64,000 nucleotides of DNA from an uncultured bacterium (GCA_964553045.1 CAZKJG010000011.1:4644-68643); one strand, 5' to 3'; shown: positions 41,056 to 49,592, counted from the stretch's first letter. Program-made: numbers and translations. The notes: a model not told the origin generated them from the letters alone.

Positions 41056-41870
41056 TGGATGCGGTCAGGGGAGCACTCGACCTGGTCTTCGACGCCGTGA
41101 CCTGGCCGGTGGGCGGGCTGGAGCCGGTCTGGGGGCTTGTTCTGGTCTCGCTGCTTTCGGGCGTATGGATGATACTGCTGTTCAAGAGGACGTCCCCGCA
41201 GGAGTCCATTCGGAACCTGCGCAGGAAGATGGGGGCACAGGCCCTGGGCATGCTCCTCTTCCTGTCGTCACCCCTTCAGGTCTTCCGACTTGCCGGCGGT
41301 CTGCTGTGGAGCAACTTCCGCTACCTGGCAATGATCCTACTGCCCCTGGTCGTAATCGCCCTGCCCTTCGGGCTCACCTACGGCCAGCTCGAGGCCCGGT
41401 ACGCCCACGACTACCTGACACCCGGCGACACGCTCACCGCCACCCTGGGCTTTTCGGCGAGCGTGCCTCGCGATGAAGACGTCATCTCATCATCCGATGA
41501 GCTGATGCCAATACCGCCACTGGTCACGGTCGACTCGCTCAGACAGGTCAGCCTCAGGCTGAGGACAGAGGGCGAAGGCCCGCGAAGCATAACCGTAGCC
41601 GGAGCCGTGCTTCCCGTGGGCCGGCGGTCGCTCCGTTCGGGCCGCATAGTCTACGGCGGCGCCGAGACCCCCTCCCTGGCGGCGCTGTTCAGGCCGGCCA
41701 ACAGACTGATATCATCAGTACCCGGCGACTCGCTGAGTTCGTTTCGGGTTTTTCTTCGCGACCGCGAGTATCATCTGCTCTGGTCGGGCTGGTCCTGGTT
41801 TGCCGTTTTCCTCGTCTTCTCAACGCTCTCCGCCGTGGCTGGCGCCGTAGTTTTCAAGGTGAGGGTCTAG
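41055..41870 (+). CDS. hypothetical membrane protein co-transcribed with the phosphodiesterase pair
   Basis: TGATG overlap with paralog 2. Four predicted TM helices flank a Ser/Arg-rich soluble loop. Confidence 0.45.
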   Translation: MDAVRGALDLVFDAVTWPVGGLEPVWGLVLVSLLSGVWMILLFKRTSPQESIRNLRRKMGAQALGMLLFLSSPLQVFRLAGGLLWSNFRYLAMILLPLVVIALPFGLTYGQLEARYAHDYLTPGDTLTATLGFSASVPRDEDVISSSDELMPIPPLVTVDSLRQVSLRLRTEGEGPRSITVAGAVLPVGRRSLRSGRIVYGGAETPSLAALFRPANRLISSVPGDSLSSFRVFLRDREYHLLWSGWSWFAVFLVFSTLSAVAGAVVFKVRV

Positions 41871-41887
41871 ATCCAGAAGGAGGCAGC

Positions 41888-42088
41888 ATGGCCAAGAAGC
41901 TGAAGATCAGAATGGAAGCCGGGATGCTTGAGAGGATCCGCAAAGTTGCCAAGGCCGGCGGGTACTCGTCGGAGCAGGAGTTCGTGATGCACGTCCTGGA
42001 GAGGGAGCTGGAGCAGCTGGACCCCGGTGACGCCGAGTCCGAGGAGGAGATCCGCAAGAAGATGGAGGGCCTGGGCTACATCTCCTAA
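41888..42088 (+). CDS. small ribbon-helix-helix (CopG/Arc-like) protein
   Basis: 66 aa. Strong SD (AAGGAGG) 5 nt upstream. N-terminal beta-strand KKLKIRMEA, then two helices (RIRKVAKAGGYSSEQEFVMHVLEREL). Acidic tail ending EEEIRKKMEGLGYIS. Confidence 0.45.
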   Translation: MAKKLKIRMEAGMLERIRKVAKAGGYSSEQEFVMHVLERELEQLDPGDAESEEEIRKKMEGLGYIS

Positions 42089-42090
42089 AA

Positions 42091-42180
42091 GGGGACGGAG
42101 GTATTTTAAATCATATATAATCTGCGGCATGTGCCCGTAACAGTGGTCCTTTATATTTGATTTAAAATACCTCCGTCCCC
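42091..42180. terminator. 90-bp AT-rich palindrome exactly filling the gap between two convergent stop codons; putative bidirectional terminator (or MITE-like insert)
   Basis: Perfect 23-nt arms: GGGGACGGAGGTATTTTAAATCA (42091-42113) and TGATTTAAAATACCTCCGTCCCC (42158-42180). The arms extend to about 30 bp with one mismatch. UUUU follows on the minus-strand transcript. Confidence 0.4.
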
Positions 42181-42205
42181 GCGTGTGTCCCCGCCTGTTC
42201 CCCGC

Positions 42206-42622
42206 CTACAGGTAACCGAGGTCGGAAAGCTTCTTCCTGATCTCCTCTTCCTCATCGGGATGGACGTCGTGCTCGGGCGGTGGCACCAGACCCGCCAGCT
42301 CGAGCTCGCGGATGAAGACTCTCATCATCTCCCTGCTCTTCAGCATGACCTCGGACACCTTTCGGACCTCGACATCCCCCGGATCTACCTCCGGCATCTC
42401 CGAGCAGCCGGAGGTGATCACTATCACGTCATGCCGGGCGAGCATCGCGCAGGCGGCCGCCTTTCCGTCTGCGCTGGTGTCCTCCACGCCCATCTTCTCC
42501 AGGGCGTCCCGGTGGAGGACCTCCACCCTTCCGCCCCTTGACAGGAGCTCGCTTCCCAGGCTGTCTGCCATCGCATCGGCCTGCTGGCTGTCGGAGGCGA
42601 TCCAGATGACTACGCCCCTCAT
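42206..42622 (-). CDS. truncated APS-kinase-like protein with degenerate P-loop (probable non-catalytic partner of ATP sulfurylase)
   Basis: GVVIWIASDSQQADAMADSLGSELL aligns with the CysC [25 protein letters not shown] region, but GxSGSGKS is replaced by ASDSQQAD. ATGA overlap with sat. C-terminal tail EEEIRKKLSDLGYL. Confidence 0.45.
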   Translation of the reverse strand: MRGVVIWIASDSQQADAMADSLGSELLSRGGRVEVLHRDALEKMGVEDTSADGKAAACAMLARHDVIVITSGCSEMPEVDPGDVEVRKVSEVMLKSREMMRVFIRELELAGLVPPPEHDVHPDEEEEIRKKLSDLGYL

Positions 42623-43782
42623 CGGCTCTCCTTTCCGGACTGTGCAGCCTTCATGAGTATCTCCGCGATCTCGGGCCGGGTGAACTCGATCGGCGGAGTC
42701 TCCCCGGCCCGAAGCATCGCCCGCACCTTGCGTCCGGAAAGGAAGATGTGATCATCCCCTCCGTGGGGACATGTCTTGGCGGTGGCCATGCCCTGGCACC
42801 TGACGCAGTAGAATGCGTGCTCGAACTTCAGCGGCACCACCTCGAGCTCGTCGGCGTCCATTCCCTCGAAGATCATCTGCGCGTCGTAGGTCCCGTAGAA
42901 GTCACCGACCCCGGCATGGTCGCGGCCGACTATGAAGTGGCTGCATCCGTAGTTCTTCCTCAGCAGGGCGTGGAACACCGCCTCTCGGGGGCCGGCGTAT
43001 CGCATGGCGGCCGGGAAGACGCTCATGGCCACCCTGGTCTCCGGGTAGTACTTCTCCAGAATCTCGTTGTAGCACTGCATGCGCACCTCTGCAGGGATAT
43101 CGTCGGACTTTGTCTCCCCCACCAGCGGGTGCAGCAGAAGGCCGTCGACTATCTCCAGGGCGCACTTCTGGATGTACTCATGGGCCCTGTGTATGGGGTT
43201 GCGAGTCTGGAAGGCCACTACGCTCTTCCAACCCTTGGCCCTGAAGAGGACCCTAGTCTCCTTGGGCTCCAGGCGGTAGCGGTAGAAGGTCTGCTCATCC
43301 CGGCGCACTATCGCCCTTACGCCGCCGCCGATGTAGCTGCCGGAGAGGCCCCGGAGGTACTGCACTCCGGGATGCGATTCGTCTGTGGTTCCCAGACACT
43401 TCTCGGCCTCGTGATCGAGGTCGGCCCGGTATACGTCCGTAACCTCTATGTCACCCCAGACCCTGCCGTCTTCGTCTCGGAGTGCGGCGCGGTCACCGCT
43501 TTGAACGTCCGGGTCATCGGGTTTGACCGACAGGGTTACCGGCAGAGACCATATGGGCCCCGAGGAGAGGTGCATCAGATCCACCACGCCCATATAGTCA
43601 TGACGGTCCATGAATCCCTCCAGAGGGCTCATGGCTCCGTTTGCGATCATCTCCAGGTCGTTGAGCTCGCGGGAGTTGACAGTCAGGGTGGGCAGCTCGG
43701 CTGCCTCCTGCACAAGGGCTTCCGCCTCATCCCCCTTGAGCTGTCTGTCTATCAGTCTGCCTCCGTGCGGGGCAACCAGCAT
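42619..43782 (-). CDS. sat: sulfate adenylyltransferase (ATP sulfurylase)
   Basis: QTRNPIHRAHE and GRDHAG motifs. 387 aa, homo-oligomeric type. Confidence 0.9.
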   Translation of the reverse strand: MLVAPHGGRLIDRQLKGDEAEALVQEAAELPTLTVNSRELNDLEMIANGAMSPLEGFMDRHDYMGVVDLMHLSSGPIWSLPVTLSVKPDDPDVQSGDRAALRDEDGRVWGDIEVTDVYRADLDHEAEKCLGTTDESHPGVQYLRGLSGSYIGGGVRAIVRRDEQTFYRYRLEPKETRVLFRAKGWKSVVAFQTRNPIHRAHEYIQKCALEIVDGLLLHPLVGETKSDDIPAEVRMQCYNEILEKYYPETRVAMSVFPAAMRYAGPREAVFHALLRKNYGCSHFIVGRDHAGVGDFYGTYDAQMIFEGMDADELEVVPLKFEHAFYCVRCQGMATAKTCPHGGDDHIFLSGRKVRAMLRAGETPPIEFTRPEIAEILMKAAQSGKESR

Positions 43783-43856
43783 CTGTACCAGACCTTTCGG
43801 GGTTTCTTCATGGTATCGCGGAACGTATGAAGGACCGGCGCGAAAACCGGTCAGCT

Positions 43857-43884
43857 ATTATACGCACCGGCGGGCGCTCGGCAA
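43857..43884 (-). promoter_or_regulatory. sigma70-like promoter for the sat operon (TTGCCG-16nt-TATAAT on minus strand)
   Basis: Read on the minus strand: TTGCCGAGCGCCCGCCGGTGCGTATAAT, about 70 nt upstream of the sat ATG. Confidence 0.4.
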
Positions 43885-44153
43885 AAGGCCCTCTCGGCCG
43901 TCGTGCCGTATCAGAGCAGCAGTACCTGCCGTCCTGTGAATAGCCCCCTCGACTCCGCCGCCGCCGAGAAGTGTAATGTCGGAGGCGTTGATCCGACACC
44001 GGCCTCCGCTCTGGCGATATCGGCCCTCAGGACTCGAATCCTCTTCGCTTCCGTCGCGCTCATGTCTCTTCCCTCGTCAAATTCTGGAGATGGTATTGGA
44101 CATTGGCTGAAGATTTCATAGTAATACTCCAGCATGAAGGGAGTCGTACACGG

Positions 44154-45035
44154 ATGGAATCGGTACCCCTGGAGCTTACAGACCTGGTAAAGGACTATCC
44201 CCGCAGGTTCGGCCTGTCCAGCTTCACCGCCGTCGACGGCGTCAGCCTGCGGCTGGAAGAGGGCCAGATCCTGGGGTTCCTCGGACCCAACGGCGCCGGA
44301 AAGACGACGACGATCAAGTGCATGCTCGGCCTTCTCAAACCCAGCTCGGGATCGGTGGTCCTGTACGGCAAGCCCCCGGCATCCGCGACCGTCCGCCAAA
44401 GGCTGGGATTCGTTCCGGAGAACCCCGACTACGAAGACAGCTTCACTCCAATGGAGTTCCTTTCCATGTTCGCCCGCATGAGAGACTTGCACGACTCCCG
44501 CACGGAGATGTTGTCCCTTCTGGAGAGAGTGGGCCTCTCCGGATGGGAGGAGACCAGGATCAAGAGCTTCTCCAAGGGCATGCGGCAGAGGATGAGCCTG
44601 GCCCTGGCGCTGCAGTCGATTCCGGACCTGATAGTGATGGACGAACCTACGGGCGGCCTGGATCCACTGGCCCGGAAGGAGTTCCGCGACATCATAATGG
44701 AGGAGAACGAGCGCGGTGCCTCCATCTTCCTGTCCTCCCATCTCCTCTCCGAGGTGGAGGCGGTGTGCCATCGTGCCGTAATCCTGTCCCGGGGACGCGT
44801 GGTGCGGGAGGGGAAAATGGAGGACCTGCTGCGGACCGAGAACACCTACAGCATCACCTGGTCCCCCGGTGGTGGCGGCGAGAAGGTCACCGAGACGGTC
44901 CCTGCAGCCGAGCTGCAGGGCAAGCTGGACGACATCCGCGACAGTGGCGCCCGGATACTGGAAGTCGGACCCAGGAGCCTAACGCTGGAAGAGGTCTTTC
45001 TATCCGCCACCAACGGCAAGGGGGGCGGCGAATGA
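44154..45035 (+). CDS. ABC transporter ATP-binding protein
   Basis: Walker A GPNGAGKTT, signature FSKGMRQR, Walker B LIVMDEPTGGLD. Start at MESVPLEL (44154) preferred over 44103. Confidence 0.85.
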   Translation: MESVPLELTDLVKDYPRRFGLSSFTAVDGVSLRLEEGQILGFLGPNGAGKTTTIKCMLGLLKPSSGSVVLYGKPPASATVRQRLGFVPENPDYEDSFTPMEFLSMFARMRDLHDSRTEMLSLLERVGLSGWEETRIKSFSKGMRQRMSLALALQSIPDLIVMDEPTGGLDPLARKEFRDIIMEENERGASIFLSSHLLSEVEAVCHRAVILSRGRVVREGKMEDLLRTENTYSITWSPGGGGEKVTETVPAAELQGKLDDIRDSGARILEVGPRSLTLEEVFLSATNGKGGGE

Positions 45036-45787
45036 GGGCCGTATGGACCTTCGCCCTGATGACGATGCGCAGCCTCCTGCGGCGCAGGACGATCTGGGGA
45101 ATAGTGCTGGTCATCGTCCTGGCCCTGCTGGGAATCGGCCAGGTTCCTTCCTTCGACGTGTCCGGCCAAAGCCGCTTCATAATCGAGTTCGGCCTGTTCG
45201 GCCTGGAGATGGGGGCGCTGCTGCTGGCCATCGGGCTGGCCTCCAACATATACCCCCGCGACCGGGAGAGCAGGACCATACAGCCCCTTCTCGCCGTCCC
45301 CCTTTCCCGTGCGCGCTACCTTCTCGGCCGGTTCCTGGGGGCCGCCATCGTCTGCGGAGCGGCGATGCTGGTAGGCTGCCTGGGTCTGATGCTGATTCTG
45401 ACCCTCAACGGTTTTGCAGTGCCAGCTTCCCTACTTCCCGCCACCCTTCTCCTCCTGGTGGAGGGCTGGTTCCTCCTGGCGGTTGTCTTCTTCTTCAGCT
45501 TCTGGACGTCGCCTCCGCTCAACGCACCTCTGACGGTGATGATCTTCATCCTCTCCCAGATGAGCGTGAGGGAGTTCGTGGGCCTGTTGCCCGGCGCCCC
45601 CGGCCTGATGAGAACGCTGAGGCTCCTCCTGCCCCACATGGACGTGTTCCACATCAAGGATCCCATAGCCCATGGTGTGGACGTACCGCTGGTCTATTTC
45701 CTGCTCGCGGCTCTCTACGGCATAGCGTACTCGGTCTTCATGCTCTCCGTGGCCCTGGCCGTCTTCCGGGAGCGTGACCTGAAATGA
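45032..45787 (+). CDS. ABC-2 type transporter permease
   Basis: ATGA overlap with the ATPase. Six TM helices. Start MRAVWTF. Confidence 0.6.
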   Translation: MRAVWTFALMTMRSLLRRRTIWGIVLVIVLALLGIGQVPSFDVSGQSRFIIEFGLFGLEMGALLLAIGLASNIYPRDRESRTIQPLLAVPLSRARYLLGRFLGAAIVCGAAMLVGCLGLMLILTLNGFAVPASLLPATLLLLVEGWFLLAVVFFFSFWTSPPLNAPLTVMIFILSQMSVREFVGLLPGAPGLMRTLRLLLPHMDVFHIKDPIAHGVDVPLVYFLLAALYGIAYSVFMLSVALAVFRERDLK

Positions 45788-46146
45788 GGGGACTCTACGC
45801 TATTCTCGCCCTGGTGCTGATGGCCGGGGGCTGCGGCGGGAAGGTCGACTACGATATCTCCGAGGCGGCCCCCGAGGAGCACCTCGACGGGGAGGGCGAA
45901 GATCATCACCACGGGGAACATGACCATGCCGAAGATGAAGTGGGGCGGGACATCTCCGGCGCCGTGGACAACAGGCACCACCATGAGCCGGGGGTGCGCA
46001 ACCACGGCACGCAGTGGTTCTTCAACCAGCCCTGGGCCGCAACCTTCATCTGGGGCAAGATGCTCAGGGACGCCGTCATACTCCTGGCCCTGGCGGCCGG
46101 GGTGTTTCTCGTCTCCCGGCTTTTCCGGCGCAGATGGCAACGCTAG
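45784..46146 (+). CDS. His-rich lipoprotein with C-terminal TM anchor (possible metal-binding accessory of the ABC-2 system)
   Basis: Lipobox LMAGGC. Segment EDHHHGEHDHAEDE...NRHHHEPG. C-terminal hydrophobic helix. ATGA overlap with the permease. Confidence 0.45.
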   Translation: MRGLYAILALVLMAGGCGGKVDYDISEAAPEEHLDGEGEDHHHGEHDHAEDEVGRDISGAVDNRHHHEPGVRNHGTQWFFNQPWAATFIWGKMLRDAVILLALAAGVFLVSRLFRRRWQR

Positions 46147-46820
46147 GCAGGACCTCCCGCACCGCATTGGCCCTCCTTGTAGCCGCGGCCGCGCTCGCTG
46201 CCGCCGTAATTTCGGGAAGGGAGGCCTCCAGGCAGGTCAGCGGCGGGTCACCGTCGCTTGACGTGCTCTCCTCGGGTCTGAACAGGATCGCCGAGTTCAC
46301 GGGCGACGTCATATACCTCAGGATCGACGATTACCACCACATCTGGATGTACCAGGGCCACGAATGGACCGAAGCCACGGACTACCTGCCCATGGTCTGG
46401 CTGGTGAGCAGGCTGAAGCCGGAATACGCCCGCAACTACATAAACGGCGGCCATCACCTGGCCGTGAACCTAGGCCGTGTCGGGGAGGGCGTGCGCTTCA
46501 TGAGGAGGGGGCTTCGGAAGTGCCCGAACAGCCTGGATCTCGTATGGGAGTACGCAGTGGTCCTGTGGAGGACGGGATACGGAACGCTCTACGAGCGACA
46601 GAAGGCAGTATGGCGCTATCTCCGGATGGTCCGCAGGCTGCGGGGGGACTCGGATGAGCCCTGGAACGAGTACAACTCCCTGATGGTGCTGGCTGAGCTG
46701 TTCGAGGCCGACACTGGACGGGCCAACCACGTCAGAATCGCGGCAATATACAAAGACCTTCACCGCAACCGAGCACGAACCTGGCGGTACCTGCGGAGAT
46801 CCTCAGGCGCTAGCGGCTGA
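46134..46820 (+). CDS. hypothetical membrane-anchored protein
   Basis: N-terminal TM (ALALLVAAAALAAAV), then Trp/Tyr/Arg-rich helical repeats. No identifiable family. Confidence 0.3.
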   Translation: MATLGRTSRTALALLVAAAALAAAVISGREASRQVSGGSPSLDVLSSGLNRIAEFTGDVIYLRIDDYHHIWMYQGHEWTEATDYLPMVWLVSRLKPEYARNYINGGHHLAVNLGRVGEGVRFMRRGLRKCPNSLDLVWEYAVVLWRTGYGTLYERQKAVWRYLRMVRRLRGDSDEPWNEYNSLMVLAELFEADTGRANHVRIAAIYKDLHRNRARTWRYLRRSSGASG

Positions 46821-47622
46821 AGAGAAGCATGTTGGGGCCGCCGAGCTCATCCCAGCTCTCGTAACCCATTCCCAGCAGAGCGGTAAGCGTTTCCCCGGCG
46901 TACTCGGGCAGTACGATGCTGTGCTCATCCAGCCCCCTTTCGGCCACATGGGCGGAGATCCCTTCCGCCAGCCCGGAAGCCTCGCTCAGACCGGAAGGAA
47001 GGGATATGTAGCAGTTGCCCGACCGCTGGGCCAGGAAGGTGGCCGAACCACACCGGAGGGCATCGACGCGTTTCAGAAGCCACGCCCTTCCATCGGGGGT
47101 GTTGCGCACGAAGGTCCAGCCGGCGGAGAGGTGATTCCCCATCGCAGCGAGCTCCTCCCCGACGTTCTCCGCCGGCCGCACGCGAGCTTCCGAACGGGCG
47201 ATGCCCGGCCCGCTGAGAATGTAGTAGGCCTCGACCACCTCGAAGCCCAGGTCAGTGGCTATGGATATGCTCTCCGTATTGTGTACGTAGGTTGCGAACT
47301 CCATGGCCCTGGCCTCGCCGGCCTCGATGGCGGCCCCGCCCAGATCAACGGCAAACTCCACAAGGCGTCTTCCGTATCCCCGGGAGCGGAAATCGGGATG
47401 TACGCGCAGGCCCTCCAGCCAGACCACACCGGCGGGCATCCGGGTGACCTTGACCGCGCCGACTACCTGCTCTTCGGCAATTCCCACGAACAGCCCGCCC
47501 TCGGATATCCATCCGGCCGCAACCTCTTCCAGGTAGTCAGAGCCTTCCCAGGTGCTGCGCGATATCTCGGCCAGCCTGGGAAGATCCGCATGGTCCGCAG
47601 GCCTTACTTCGAGCTCGCTCAT
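46810..47622 (-). CDS. GNAT-family N-acetyltransferase
   Basis: Acetyl-CoA-binding block VVGAVKV...RVHPDFRSRGYGRRLVEFAV. ATGA overlap with the upstream GGDEF gene. Confidence 0.55.
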   Translation of the reverse strand: MSELEVRPADHADLPRLAEISRSTWEGSDYLEEVAAGWISEGGLFVGIAEEQVVGAVKVTRMPAGVVWLEGLRVHPDFRSRGYGRRLVEFAVDLGGAAIEAGEARAMEFATYVHNTESISIATDLGFEVVEAYYILSGPGIARSEARVRPAENVGEELAAMGNHLSAGWTFVRNTPDGRAWLLKRVDALRCGSATFLAQRSGNCYISLPSGLSEASGLAEGISAHVAERGLDEHSIVLPEYAGETLTALLGMGYESWDELGGPNMLLFSR

Positions 47623-48953
47623 TGCCGTCCCCTCCCCGCTCTTTTCGCCCGCTTCTGGACGTACATACTGTTGTCCGCCTTGGTTAGGAGCCTGCCCAGA
47701 TCCGCGTCGGGAGCCTCGGCGAATACGAATCCGGAGCTGAGCGACAGCGTGAAGCACAGCCCGCCGCCTTCGTTGAGGCCGTTCACCGCCCTTCGAAGAC
47801 GGTTGCACAGGGTCTTTCCGTCCTCGGGTCTGGCGTCTCCGAAGAGCACGGCGAACTCATCCCCGCCCAGGCGGGCGGCCACGTCCGATTCCCGGAAGCA
47901 CTCGCGGAGCAGGTCGGCGGTCATCGTTATGGCCCGATCGCCCGAGCCGTGGCCGTGTGTGTCGTTGATGTCCTTTAGGCCGTCCAGATCAACGAACAGA
48001 ACCCCCACCTTCGAAGACCCCCTCCTGGCCTCGCGAAGCACCTGCCCGCCGACGGCGAAGAAGCCGCGCCGGTTGTACAGGCCGGTCATGCTGTCACGGA
48101 GCGATGTCTCCCGCAGGCGCTCCTCCAGCTCCTTCCTGCGGCCGATATTCACGAATGAGAACACCTCAAAATGCGGTCTTCCGGCGCCGGAGCAGGCTCG
48201 AGCACCGGATGCCATGGCGGGGAAGCTCCCGCCGTCGGACCTTGTGCATCTCACCTCTCCGCGCCATTCGCCCAGCTCGATTACGGCCTGGGAGATAGCA
48301 TTGAAGGCCTCGCCTTCCAGAAGCTCCCTGATATGAATGTTCTGCATGTCGCCTTCGGACATGCGCCATTCCCTCAGGGCTGAAGGGTTTGCATAGGAGA
48401 CCCGCCAGTCCCCCTCGGTGATCAGCATGGGACTCAGCGATGCCTGCAGCGCACTGTTCCGCGCGGTCAGCTTCCGCTCCCTGATCCTTCGCTGGGAGCT
48501 GTCCCGAAGGGTCATCAGAAGGGCGCTGCCTCCACTGTCGGACACCAGGCTGAGCGTCATGTCCATGGGCAGCCGTTCTCCCCCGGACGTGAGCACCGGG
48601 GTATCGATGAAGACGCCGTCTGCCTGACCGTAGGCCAACTCGCCGCCAGCGTCGGGAGAGTCCTCCCTGGAGGGGAGTATCTCGTTGATCTTCCTTCCGG
48701 CGAGCTCTTCGGGCCGGTATCCGAGCTTGTTCAGGGCGGCGTCGCTGACCTTCTCGATCGCCCCGTTGGAAGGATTGACAAGAAGCAGGACGTCAATGGA
48801 GTTCCTGAACACCAGCTCGAGCTTCGATACCCTCCGCAGAAGCGCTTCCCGGCTTGCGCGCGCCTCAGCCAGCTTGGCGAATGCATCCCTCACTCGCCCG
48901 ACATGTGCCCGGCCCACTCCGCCGCCTTCCTGCACCAGGACCTCCGTCCGCAA
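47619..48953 (-). CDS. diguanylate cyclase with two PAS domains (PAS-PAS-GGDEF)
   Basis: Active-site RLGGDEFAVLF. Upstream DxLT and RxxD I-site-like (RRGS). Two PAS-like segments. Confidence 0.85.
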   Translation of the reverse strand: MRTEVLVQEGGGVGRAHVGRVRDAFAKLAEARASREALLRRVSKLELVFRNSIDVLLLVNPSNGAIEKVSDAALNKLGYRPEELAGRKINEILPSREDSPDAGGELAYGQADGVFIDTPVLTSGGERLPMDMTLSLVSDSGGSALLMTLRDSSQRRIRERKLTARNSALQASLSPMLITEGDWRVSYANPSALREWRMSEGDMQNIHIRELLEGEAFNAISQAVIELGEWRGEVRCTRSDGGSFPAMASGARACSGAGRPHFEVFSFVNIGRRKELEERLRETSLRDSMTGLYNRRGFFAVGGQVLREARRGSSKVGVLFVDLDGLKDINDTHGHGSGDRAITMTADLLRECFRESDVAARLGGDEFAVLFGDARPEDGKTLCNRLRRAVNGLNEGGGLCFTLSLSSGFVFAEAPDADLGRLLTKADNSMYVQKRAKRAGRGRQ

Positions 48954-49058
48954 ATGCCTCTCGTTGCCATCGGCCTATATCTCTACCATCTTTGTACCGG
49001 GTCAAGTCCCGTCCGCAGCCGGGCCGGCGGCGCCGGGCGAACAGGATGAAAGGCGGAT

Positions 49059-49577
49059 ATGGAACGAAGGAAGAGGGTGTTCGACTTTCTCGACCGCAAG
49101 AGCGAGGCGTACATACTCAAGGTCTGCAAGCCGGTGGACACAAGGGCGGGCAGCCTTCTGGTAAGGGCCGGCGACAGGTCATCCGACCTGTACATAATCA
49201 CCGGCGGGGAGTACATGGTCTTCGACGACAGCCAGGGCGAGGACTTCGTGCTGGCCATTCTCAAGAGGGGGGATATCTTCGGGGAGATGTCCTTCCTGGA
49301 CGGTGAACCCAGATCGGCCTCCGTAAAGGCGGTCACCGCCTCCCAGGCCCTGCGAATGGACCGCGACAGCCTTCGAAGGCTCCGCGAGGAGGCCCCGGAG
49401 GCCGCCTGGAAGCTGGTCATGGGGCTGGCGAGTGTTGTCACCACCAGGCTCCGCAGGGCCGACGACGCCCTGTCAATGACCACCAGCGAAAACCAGGAAG
49501 AGGTGGACCGGGAGGAGCTGGAGCGACTGATAGCCGAGATGCATCTGGCGGTACACCTGGAACTTGACCGGGACTAG
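49059..49577 (+). CDS. cyclic nucleotide-binding (cNMP) domain protein without DNA-binding domain
   Basis: Phosphate-binding cassette GDIFGEMSFLDGEPRSASVKAV. Acidic coiled C-terminus. Confidence 0.7.
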   Translation: MERRKRVFDFLDRKSEAYILKVCKPVDTRAGSLLVRAGDRSSDLYIITGGEYMVFDDSQGEDFVLAILKRGDIFGEMSFLDGEPRSASVKAVTASQALRMDRDSLRRLREEAPEAAWKLVMGLASVVTTRLRRADDALSMTTSENQEEVDREELERLIAEMHLAVHLELDRD

Positions 49578-49592
49578 TCCTTCCCGGCGAAA

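Noticed and set aside
44103-44153. Upstream ATG for the second ABC ATPase
   Set aside because: It would place the -10-like TAGTAAT inside the CDS. MESVPLELTDL (44154) matches typical ABC N-termini and has an SD-like GAAGGGAG 11 nt upstream.
43911-44771. 286-aa ORF on the minus strand
   Set aside because: Antisense to the ABC ATPase gene (44154-45035), which has clear Walker A/B and signature motifs. The minus-frame product is low-complexity and lies in the long divergent leader of sat.
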